64,000 bases of DNA from an uncultured Chloroflexia bacterium (GTDB lineage Bacteria > Chloroflexota > Dehalococcoidia > UBA2979), in NCBI GenBank assembly GCA_963728205.1, contig CAVSIV010000006.1, positions 1,248,001 through 1,312,000 of the forward strand. Reading direction: 5' to 3'. Position 1 is the first letter of the stretch, and each line of letters opens with the position of its first letter. This document shows positions 55,811 to 64,000 of this stretch, in pieces. The position numbers and the translations under genes are program-made. The notes under the pieces were generated by a model. That model saw only the letters and a program-made list of their open reading frames with translations, was not told the origin of the DNA and made no database searches.

Positions 55811-57068
55811 CTACCGGCCGAGGAAGCCGCTGGTCTCCCAGATGCGCTGATCCAGGTAGCTGCGAACGCGACTGATGTAGCCGTCGGCGGCAGACGTGTG
55901 CCAGCGGCCGGAGAACCAGACACCGAGGCAGCCCCACGCGTCACCCGCAGCGTACGTCCCCACGTGCTCGCTTGAGTTGAGCCACGTGTCCTTGCCCTCG
56001 AAGCAGCTGCGCCAGACCGCGTAGGCGTAGTCCAGGTTGTAGGCCGACGAGTGCACGGCGTTTCCGTTCACAAACGCCGACGAGTGGTACGGGTACCTGA
56101 CCTGCACCAGCCCGACGGATTCGGGGCACTGGCCGGTCGACGTCCGCACCTCCGGGTAGCACTGCGTCTGGTCACTGGTCATGTCGCCGCCAGCGGTCTG
56201 CTGCCACCACGACTCGATCGCGACCTGCGCGCGGACGATGTCTTCGTCGAATCCCCCATTTGCACGCGGCCCACTGGATGAGCTCATCCGTCGTTCCGGT
56301 GAAGTTGCCGGTGACGCGAGGGAACTCGCTGTTTGCCGACGTTCCGCGCGTCGCGTTGTAGGAGGCGTTCCCCGGACGCACCTCGGGGGCCGGCCGAACG
56401 AGCGCAGCGCAGGTGCTCTCGGACGGGAGCGTCGCCCCGACCGGGAGGGTCGCGAAGTGCGCGGCCGACGGTGTCGACGGTGCGGGGGTGGGCGATGACG
56501 TTGGCGACGCCGTGGGCGATGCCGTCGGAGAGGCGGTCGGCGACACCGTCGGAGAGGCGGTCGGCGACACCGTCGGCGAGGTGGTCGGCGAAGCGGTCGG
56601 CGAAGCGGTCGGCGAAGCGGTCGCCTGCGTGGTCGGCGACGAGGTCGGTGACGACGTCGGCGACGTGGTTGGGGGTGCCGCCGTCGGCTGCGGGGAGGGC
56701 GGCGGTCCGGCGGACAGTGCGGCGAGGCAGCGCAGGACGACGATGGTGTTCGTCGTGAGCTCTGAGCCCGGGAAGAACGCGTTGAACCCGGCGTTCACGA
56801 ACGCGGGGGCGCCGACGATGTAGCCGGCCGGCGTGCCCGCGGGAAACGCCCAGATCGATTGCGCGTTACAGCCCTGTGCCGCCGCGGCACTGGCGAGCGC
56901 GTCAACACTCCCGCCGCCCCACACGATGGCGCCGAAGCCGTCTCCAGCGGGTAGCGATCCCGAGATCGCGCCGCGCGCTGCTCGTGCGGGACCGGGGGCC
57001 AGCGCGAGGGCCGCAGCTACCAGCGCGAGCACGAGCCCGCCTCTCAACATCACTCTCACGGAACGCAT
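55811..57068 (-). CDS. Secreted lysozyme/lytic transglycosylase-like protein with S/P/T linker (apparent +1 frameshift near 56252)
   Basis: Signal peptide; ACKWG[I/F]DEDIVRAQVAIESWW, ESVGLVQV, NLDYA motifs split over two frames. Confidence 0.7.
56495..56670 (-). repeat. Tandem 12-nt repeats coding (S/T)PT(A/V/S/T)
   Basis: GGCGAAGCGGTC x3 and GGCGACACCGTCGGAGAGGCGGTC units inside the linker. Confidence 0.8.
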
Positions 57069-57740
57069 GAAACCGCCGACCTCTCGCAACTGAGAGCGGC
57101 GATGCGCCGCTCACGGGGGCGGGGAAACCGGGCGGTCTCCCATCTCCCTCCCGTAACGGGCGCGCCTTGCGGGGTGTTTCATCAAGATTCCATGAGAGTG
57201 TCTGCCGGCAGACTCGCTCCGCCGTCGCTTCCGCGGCGCGGGCGGCGTCGCGCCCGGTGGAACGCGACGCGGTGCGCATGCCGATCGGCCGGGTCGAAGG
57301 TCGGCAGGCTCGTCGAGGACGTGGGGGCGTCGGCGCGTGCGCGGCGGGTGCAAGCGCCGGCCGGACGCACGCTGAGCGCATTCCGCAGCCGGCGCACCGT
57401 CATGGCCGGGTGTGTCGGCGGGTTGGTGCGGGTGGGGGCTGGCCGGCGCCTCGGCGGTCCCCTCGTCGCGGTTGGGCCGGGGAGGGGGAGACGCCGACCA
57501 GACCACACGGCGCCCGGGCGGCCCCGGGTCGCGCGTGAGAAAGGGTCGCGGTCGGCCGTCGACGCGGCGTTGAGCGCGCGTAGCGACGTCGAATCGGCAG
57601 CCGCACTACGTGTTCCGGCGGATCGCACACCTGCGGTCGCCTCGGTCTCCGGGCGATCCGTGACCTTCGCCTCTGGTCGCCCATGACCGCGGATCGAATG
57701 GTGCGTCGGCCGAGCGGACCGCGGCGGGGAGGTTCGGAAG

Positions 57741-60083
57741 ATGGGCCGGGGACGGGTTGATCTCGGTGTACGCGCGCCTTTGGCTCCCGACGGCGTGGGC
57801 GCGCGAATGCTCGAACCGGCCGGCGACGGCTTTCGCGCGCTGTTCGCCGCGAATCCGCTGGCGATGTGGGTGTACGACCGGGAGACGCTCGCCTTCCTCG
57901 AGGTGAACGACGCCGCCCTGCGCCTGTACGGCTATTCCCGCGACGAGTTCCTGCAGCTCGCGGTCACGGACCTGCGTCCGCTCGACGACGCGGAGCGGGA
58001 GCACGAGCGCATCGCTCGCATCGAGTCGCCGTTCCTCGAGCCGGGCGACGTGCGCCACCGGATGAAGGACCGCGGAGCGGTCTGGGTGCACGTGGACGCG
58101 CAGGACCTCGACTTCGGGGGGCGCCCGGCGCGCCTGTGCACGGTGACCGACATCACCGCGCGCAGGGCGGAAGCGGACCGCGCAACGCACCTCGCGGCGA
58201 TCATCGAGTCTTCGGAAGACGCGATCACGGCCCGCGACCGGGAGGGCCGGATCATCGTCTGGAACCCGGCGGCCGAGCGGCTGTACGGGTACGCGGCCTC
58301 GGAGCTGCTGGGCACGCGGGCCACGTTCCTGGAGCCGTCGGACCGGCCGGGCGAGATCGCGGAGCTCGTTCAGCGAGCGCTCGGAGGCGAGCACGTGCGC
58401 GCGGAGACGGTTCGGCTCACGAAGTCCGGGCAGCGGGTCGATGTGATCATCTGGATCGTGCCCGTGGCCGATCCGGACGGCCGGCCCCTCGGCATCGCCG
58501 CGTTGCACCGCGACATCAGCCAGCGCAAGCAGCGGGTCGAGGAGATCCGACGGCTGATCTCGATCCTGGACGCCACGCCCGACTTCGTGGGCACGGCCGA
58601 TCCGGAAGGGAACGTGCTGTATCTCAACCGCGCCGCCCGCAAGATGCTGGGGCTGCACGAGAACGAGAGCATCGCCGGGCGCCGCCTCGTGCAGGACCAC
58701 CCCGCATGGGTGCTGCCGACCGTGCTCGAAGGCCTGGGCGTCGCGCTGGAGCGCGGCGCGTGGGAGGGGGAGTCGGCGGTCCTGCGCCGGGACGGCCGGG
58801 TGACCCCGACGTCGCAGGTGATCCTCGTGCATCGCGGTCCGGAAGGCCGCGTGCGCTACTTCTCCACGATCGCGCGCGACATCACCGTGCGACGACAGGC
58901 GCAGACCGCACTGCTCGATCGCACGCACCAGCTCGCCACGCTGCTCGACGTCTCGTACAACGTGTCGTCCGAGCTCGACCTCGAGCCGCTGCTCGGCCTC
59001 ATCCTCGATCAGCTCAAGACGGTGGTCGACTACGGCGCGGCCGCGATCCTCGTCCTGGAGGAAGGGGCCCTCGCGGTCCGGGAGTACCGCGGCGCATCGC
59101 CGCGCGAGGAGATGCTGGGGCTTCGCTTCCGTGGCGATGACATGCGCGCCTACGATGCGCTGCTGCAGGGCAGCGTACCGGTCGTCGACGACGACCTCAC
59201 CGACGAAGCGCGCACACACGCGTGCGATCCGCAGTTGCTGCTCGGCGCGTGGCCGGACGCGCGCTCCTTCCTCGGCGTTCCGCTGCAGGTCAAGGGGCGG
59301 ACGATCGGCCTGTTCTGCATCGACCACGCCGAGCCCGCCCGCTTCTCCGCGCACGACGCGGAGCTCACCCTGGCCATCGCGACCCACGCGGCGCTCGCGA
59401 TCGAGCACGCGCGGCTCTACGGACAGGCGCAGGCGTTCGCCGTCGCCGAGGAGCGGCAGCGGCTCGCCCGCGAGCTGCACGACTCGATCAGCCAGGTGCT
59501 CTTCGCCATCGGCTTCGGCGCGCACGCCGCCGGCCCGCTGGTCGACTCCGATCCGGATCGCGCGAAGGAGGCGATCGAGAACATCCGCTCCCTCTCCGCC
59601 GCCGGGCTGACCGAGATGCGCGCGCTGATCTTCGAGTTGCGACCGGAGTCGCTCGAGCGTGAGGGCCTCGTCGCCGCGCTCGGCCGCCAGCAGGTGCTGC
59701 TCGAGGTGAGGCACGGGATCAAGGTGGATCTCAGGCTGGGGCCCGAGCCGTCCGTGTCGCTGCATGCCAAGGAAGTGCTCTACCGCGTCGCGCGGGAAGC
59801 GCTGCAGAACGTCGTGAAGCACGCGCACGCCGGGCAGGTGTGCGTGTCGCTCGAGCAGACGTCGGCGGGGTCGGTCATGGAAGTGACCGACGACGGCATC
59901 GGATTCGACCCGACCGCCGCGTTCCCCGGTCATCTCGGGCTCCAGTCGATGCGAGAGCGAGCGGCGCGGCTCGGGGCGACCGTGGAGATCGCGAGCGAGC
60001 CGGGACGCGGGACGACCGTGCGGATCCGCGTGCCGAAGCCGGCCGAGGAGGCCGGGATGCGGGCCGACGCACCGGACGCGTAG
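57741..60083 (+). CDS. Cytoplasmic PAS-PAS-PAS-GAF sensor histidine kinase (HisKA_3)
   Basis: Three PAS/PAC units, GAF, EERQRLARELHDS, EALQNVVKHA, DDGIGF, HLGLQSMRERA; start may be 57807. Confidence 0.93.
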   Translation: MGRGRVDLGVRAPLAPDGVGARMLEPAGDGFRALFAANPLAMWVYDRETLAFLEVNDAALRLYGYSRDEFLQLAVTDLRPLDDAEREHERIARIESPFLEPGDVRHRMKDRGAVWVHVDAQDLDFGGRPARLCTVTDITARRAEADRATHLAAIIESSEDAITARDREGRIIVWNPAAERLYGYAASELLGTRATFLEPSDRPGEIAELVQRALGGEHVRAETVRLTKSGQRVDVIIWIVPVADPDGRPLGIAALHRDISQRKQRVEEIRRLISILDATPDFVGTADPEGNVLYLNRAARKMLGLHENESIAGRRLVQDHPAWVLPTVLEGLGVALERGAWEGESAVLRRDGRVTPTSQVILVHRGPEGRVRYFSTIARDITVRRQAQTALLDRTHQLATLLDVSYNVSSELDLEPLLGLILDQLKTVVDYGAAAILVLEEGALAVREYRGASPREEMLGLRFRGDDMRAYDALLQGSVPVVDDDLTDEARTHACDPQLLLGAWPDARSFLGVPLQVKGRTIGLFCIDHAEPARFSAHDAELTLAIATHAALAIEHARLYGQAQAFAVAEERQRLARELHDSISQVLFAIGFGAHAAGPLVDSDPDRAKEAIENIRSLSAAGLTEMRALIFELRPESLEREGLVAALGRQQVLLEVRHGIKVDLRLGPEPSVSLHAKEVLYRVAREALQNVVKHAHAGQVCVSLEQTSAGSVMEVTDDGIGFDPTAAFPGHLGLQSMRERAARLGATVEIASEPGRGTTVRIRVPKPAEEAGMRADAPDA

Positions 60084-60222
60084 CGGGCGGTCTCGAGCGC
60101 GGTGGCTCGGACCGCGATGCGAGCCGCCCGGCCGCAACCGCGCCTTTCCGGCTCGTCGCGGAGTCGATTCTCATGGGGCCATGTGGTCGATCGCTGCTCC
60201 ACGGCTGCGCGCCGCGGCTTGG

Positions 60223-60896
60223 TCAGACCTTCGCGCCGCGCTCGAGCGCCCACAGCGCGAGCGAGACGACGCGCGGGAGCGGCTGCGTGCCGCGCAGGTA
60301 GCGGGCGAGCTCGCGTGGCTCGACGCCGAGCGCGGTGGCGAGCGCCTCGTCGCTGTAGCCGTGGCAATCCGCCCACGCGCGGAGCGGCGGCGGTGGGGGC
60401 TCGGGCCGCGGCGGTGACGGCGTAGCCGGCCGTGAGGGGGCGGCGCGGCCGGCGCGGCCGGTCGCCTCCGGGCGGCGCGCGCTTCGCGCTGCGCGGGCGG
60501 CGCCGCGCCGGCGGCGGGCTCGCGGCTCGCCGGGCGGTCGGGGATGACGACGGGCAGACCGCCGACCCGGACGTCCGCGAGCGGAACGGCCAGCGTGAAG
60601 CGACCCTGTCGCTCGCGCACCTGGTCCCCGAGCGCGCGCAGCGCGGCGTCGAGGAGCCATCGCTTCGCGTCGGCCTCGCGCTCCGCCCGCACCTCGGCCT
60701 TCGCGCTTCGCCGCTGGCCCCGCCCGCGCAGCTCGTGATCCCACACGCGCGCGAGGTCGCCCGGGTCGTGCTCGTACTCGTCGCACAGCGCGTCGAGCGT
60801 GCTCGGTCCCGCGCTCAGCCGCTCCGCGACGAAGCGCAGCGGCGACGCGAAGTCGAGCGCGTAGCCCTTGGCGAGGCCCGGATTCAGCAGCGGCAT
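60223..60896 (-). CDS. Hypothetical protein with C-terminal XRE-like HTH (apparent frameshift in the G5 run at 60436-60440)
   Basis: N-terminal frame joins PLRAWADCHGYSDEALATALGVEPRELARYLRG if one base is added. Confidence 0.55.
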
Positions 60897-60984
60897 GCGC
60901 GCATGATCGCAGAACCCGGCGGGCGCCGTCGGGAGCCCCTGAGTCGAACGCGCCGGAGGCTGGCTCGCGCTCCCGTGCGCCCGG

Positions 60985-61443
60985 TCAGCCGACGGTCGGT
61001 CCGCGCTCGGCGCCGGCGCTCGCCGTCGTCTCGCAGCGGCGCTTGAGGCCCGCGGCCTCGGTCTCTACATAGCGACGCGCGGTGCCGCCGATGAGCGGCC
61101 AGAGCAGCCGCGCCACCGGCCCCGACGCCTCGAACGCCAGGCGGACCGACGTCCCGCCGTCGGGGCGTGGCGTCAGCTCATGCGTCCCCACCGAGCGCGC
61201 GCCGGGCACGTGGCTCTCCCAGGTGAACGCGGTGCCGGGCGTCATCGCGGTCACGACCCAGTCGGCGCGTGGAGCGAGCGGCTGGCGGACGCGGACGCGG
61301 CTGCCGACCGCGAACGGCCCGTCGTCGAGTCGCTCGACGCGGCGCATCGACGCCGTCCACTCCGGCCAGCGCTCGACGTCGACCGTGACGTCCCACACCC
61401 GTGCCACCGGCGCGTCGATGTCGACTGTCGTCTCGATGCGCAT
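60985..61443 (-). CDS. SRPBCC (polyketide cyclase-like) protein
   Basis: VDIDAPVARVW..DVERWPEW, EAAGLKRRCE. Confidence 0.88.
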   Translation of the reverse strand: MRIETTVDIDAPVARVWDVTVDVERWPEWTASMRRVERLDDGPFAVGSRVRVRQPLAPRADWVVTAMTPGTAFTWESHVPGARSVGTHELTPRPDGGTSVRLAFEASGPVARLLWPLIGGTARRYVETEAAGLKRRCETTASAGAERGPTVG

Positions 61444-61575
61444 CGCAGCCTCCTCCAGCTCCGCGTTGTGCATTTCGTCACAATCAGTGAACCACGCCGC
61501 GGGCCGATCCGTGCGGCGCGAAGTGCGTACGATCGCGCGCGCCCGCCGGCCGCGCGTCGAGCAGAGGAGCGAGCG

Positions 61576-61962
61576 ATGCCGCGATCACCCCGGTCGAAGC
61601 CTGCCGCCGGCGCGAAGATGCCGAGCCGCGACGACGCGCTGATCGCGCGGCTCGACGCGATCGCCGCCGGGCTGGTGGCGCATCGCAAGGCGATGTTCGG
61701 GACGGTCGCGTGGTTCCTCGACGCCAATGACCAGATGTTCGCGGGAGCGTGGGGCGACGAGATGAACGTGCGCCTCGGCGGGGACGAGGCCGCGCGGCTG
61801 ATCGCCTCGGGAGCCGCCGGCGCGTTCGCGCCGATGGCCGGCCGTCCGATGCGCGAGTACGTGCTGCTCCCGGCGGCGGCGCTCCCCGACGACGAGCTCG
61901 CGGCATGGCTCGACCGTGCTGCGGCCTTCGCCGCGACGCTCGCGCCGAAGCAGCGGCGCTAG
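61576..61962 (+). CDS. TfoX/Sxy N-terminal domain protein
   Basis: KAMFG, MFAG, FAPMAGRPMREYV. Confidence 0.82.
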   Translation: MPRSPRSKPAAGAKMPSRDDALIARLDAIAAGLVAHRKAMFGTVAWFLDANDQMFAGAWGDEMNVRLGGDEAARLIASGAAGAFAPMAGRPMREYVLLPAAALPDDELAAWLDRAAAFAATLAPKQRR

Positions 61963-61976
61963 CACGGCCCTCGCGC

Positions 61977-62606
61977 TCAGGGGCGGAGCGAGCGCACGAG
62001 CTCGGCGAGCTCGCGCATGTCCGCCGGCAGCGCCGGCACGGCGATGCGCTCCGCGCCGACGTGCTCGAGGTCGTGCGCGTCGCTGCCGCGGGTGAGCGGC
62101 TTGCCGAGCAGCGCGCCGACCGCGCCGGCGAGCGCGTTCTCGCGCGCGGTGCAGGCGGCGTTCACCGCCTCGATGGCGTCGACGCGCGCCAGTGCCGGGT
62201 CCTCCGCCAGCTGCTCCGCGTCGAGGCCGGGCGCGAAGGGCGGACGCTGGCTCGGGTGGATCGCGTCGAAGTAGTGACGGAACGGGTGCGCCCAGATCGT
62301 GGTGCGGTCGCGCGCGGCGGCGTAGTCGACCAGCGCGTCCACGGTGCCGGGGAGGCGCTCGCCGTGCTCGGCGCCGATCACGATCACGTGGCCGCGGTTC
62401 GTGGTGACCTCGACCGCGGGATAGAGGCGCACGCCCCAGCGGGCCTCGAAGGCGTCGCGCTCCCAGTCCGCCCACACGCGAAAGTGCTCGGTGACGACGA
62501 GCCCGCCGGTGCCGAGCGCCGCAGCGCGCTCGCCGAGCGCGTCGACGGTGACGCTGGAATCGGCGGAGCCGGCCTTGGTGTGGAGATGCAGCTCGAGGAA
62601 CGGCAC
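61977..62606 (-). CDS. PHP domain protein
   Basis: LHLHT, VTEH, AHPFR, GSDAH. Confidence 0.88.
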   Translation of the reverse strand: MPFLELHLHTKAGSADSSVTVDALGERAAALGTGGLVVTEHFRVWADWERDAFEARWGVRLYPAVEVTTNRGHVIVIGAEHGERLPGTVDALVDYAAARDRTTIWAHPFRHYFDAIHPSQRPPFAPGLDAEQLAEDPALARVDAIEAVNAACTARENALAGAVGALLGKPLTRGSDAHDLEHVGAERIAVPALPADMRELAELVRSLRP

Positions 62607-62632
62607 GTGACGCGGCGCGTCGTACCCGGCGC

Positions 62633-63430
62633 CTAGCGGCCCTGGAAGTTCGGCGTGCGCTTCTCGGCGAAGGCGCGCGGGCCCTCCTTCGCGTCCTCGG
62701 TCTGGCGCAGCCGCGCGCTGATCGCCTCCTCGAGGCGCAGGCCGTCGGGCAGCGGCATGTACTGCGCGCGCACCGACAGCTCCTTAATCGCGCGGACGGC
62801 CAGCGGCGCCATGCCGCGGAGCTCGGAGGCGCGCTCCATCGCCACGTCGAGCACCGTGTCGTGCGGGACGACTTCGTTGATGAGGCCGAAGTGCGCCGCG
62901 CGCTCGGCCGTGAGGCGGCGGCCGAGCAGCAGCACCTCCATCGCGATCGGGTAGGGGAGCTGGCGGATGGTGCGCTGCGTGCCGCCGTTGCCGGGCAGGA
63001 TGCCGCGCTTCACCTCGGAGAGGTCGAACGCCGCGTGCTCGGAGGCGACGCGGATGTCGGTGGCGAGCAACAGCGTCATCCCGCCGGCGAGGCAGAGCCC
63101 GTTCACGGCGGCGACGATCGGCTTCCAGACCTCGAGGCCGCGGTTGAGGATCTGCTCGGCCTGCGTGTTCCAGAAGCGCGCGGCGTCCTGGTTCTGGTTG
63201 GGGATCGTGAGCTTGAGGTCGGCGCCGGCGGAGAAGACCTGGCGCTCGGGCGCGCGCTCGGGCTGGGGCGCGCCGGTCACGACGGCGACCCAGATGTCGG
63301 GGTTGTCGCGCACCTCGATCCAGCACTCGGAGAGGCGCGAGTACATCTCGGGGGTCATCGCGTTGAGCGCCTCTGGGCGGTTGATCGTGATCAGCGCGAC
63401 GCGGTTCTGGACGTCGAAGTCGATGGGCAT
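62633..63430 (-). CDS. Enoyl-CoA hydratase/isomerase
   Basis: NRPEALNA, FSAGADL, KPIVAAVNG, EGPRAFAEKR. Confidence 0.93.
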   Translation of the reverse strand: MPIDFDVQNRVALITINRPEALNAMTPEMYSRLSECWIEVRDNPDIWVAVVTGAPQPERAPERQVFSAGADLKLTIPNQNQDAARFWNTQAEQILNRGLEVWKPIVAAVNGLCLAGGMTLLLATDIRVASEHAAFDLSEVKRGILPGNGGTQRTIRQLPYPIAMEVLLLGRRLTAERAAHFGLINEVVPHDTVLDVAMERASELRGMAPLAVRAIKELSVRAQYMPLPDGLRLEEAISARLRQTEDAKEGPRAFAEKRTPNFQGR

Positions 63431-63455
63431 CGGTGTCCTCCATGGCCGGTCCGGG

Positions 63456-63504
63456 AGCGGCGGCAGGATGCCGCCGATCGCATCGGCGGCATCCTGCCGC
63501 CGCT
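63456..63504. repeat. REPIN-like doublet: perfect 23-bp inverted repeat
   Basis: AGCGGCGGCAGGATGCCGCCGAT-CGC-ATCGGCGGCATCCTGCCGCCGCT. Confidence 0.85.
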
Positions 63505-63514
63505 TGACGGGTGA

Positions 63515-64000
63515 CTACGAACCGCTCCGCACGTTCAGCAGGTCGCGCGCCATGACGATGCGCTGCACCTCCGACGGGCCCTCGCCGATGCGGCGGATGC
63601 GCAGCTCGCGATACCAGCGCTCCAGCGGCAGGTCCTTGCTCATGCCGAGCCCGCCGAAGATCTGCATGCAGCGGTCGACGACGCGCCCGGCGCCCTCGGT
63701 GCACAGCAGCTTCGCCATCGACGACTCGAAGCGGAACGGCTCGCCGCGCTCCGCGAGGTCCGCGGCGGCGAGGGCGGCCCACCGGCCGGTACGGATGTCG
63801 ACCTCGTTGTCGACGAGCATCCACTGGATCGCCTGCCGGTTCGCGAGCGGCTCGCCGAACGTCACGCGCTGCTTCGCCCAGTCGACCGCCATCTCGTGCG
63901 CATACACCGCGACGCCGAGGCACGCGGCGGAGTAGGGGATGCGGTTGCGCGAGAGGTAATCGTTCGCCAGCGCGAAGCCGCCGCCCTCCTCGCCGAGGAT
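63515..64000 (-). CDS. Acyl-CoA dehydrogenase, 3' part
   Basis: RVTFGEPLANRQAIQ, SMAKL, QIFGGLG, RIGEGPSEVQR; runs off the window. Confidence 0.93.
   Translation of the reverse strand: MLGEEGGGFALANDYLSRNRIPYSAACLGVAVYAHEMAVDWAKQRVTFGEPLANRQAIQWMLVDNEVDIRTGRWAALAAADLAERGEPFRFESSMAKLLCTEGAGRVVDRCMQIFGGLGMSKDLPLERWYRELRIRRIGEGPSEVQRIVMARDLLNVRSGS

Noticed and set aside
56495-56670. Tandem repeats as a CRISPR array
   Set aside because: 12-nt coding repeats of a Ser/Pro/Thr linker; no unique spacers and no cas genes

Overview
High-GC bacterial chromosome segment, most likely Chloroflexota (Dehalococcoidia-like). This is an inference from the S12 insertion, the gene order and protein character, not from a database match. 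1-4.1 kb: thrC-folE-mshA-like-PIG-L deacetylase. 4.4-26.4 kb: complete str/S10/spc/alpha ribosomal supercluster through truA-rplM-rpsI. 26.5-37.5 kb (minus strand): apt-mtnA-mtnP-GNAT-ahcY-metK plus mannose/hexose-phosphate genes. 37.6-41 kb: methyltransferase, plsX and a redox module. The module has a CsoR-family repressor with a clear operator, thioredoxin, and a ferredoxin:thioredoxin reductase catalytic subunit whose last motif Cys codon is an in-frame TGA followed by a SECIS-like hairpin, i.e. a predicted selenoprotein that the ORF track truncates. tRNA-Sec (selC) lies at 44600-44696, followed by a lower-GC accessory region with secreted proteins, gene remnants and five single-base homopolymer frameshifts. 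Other highlights: two distant paralogous secreted 4-Cys proteins sharing a palindromic operator/promoter layout, L13 fused to a Rho_N/HeH-like domain, S14 with an expanded Zn knuckle, and a small REP-like repeat family.
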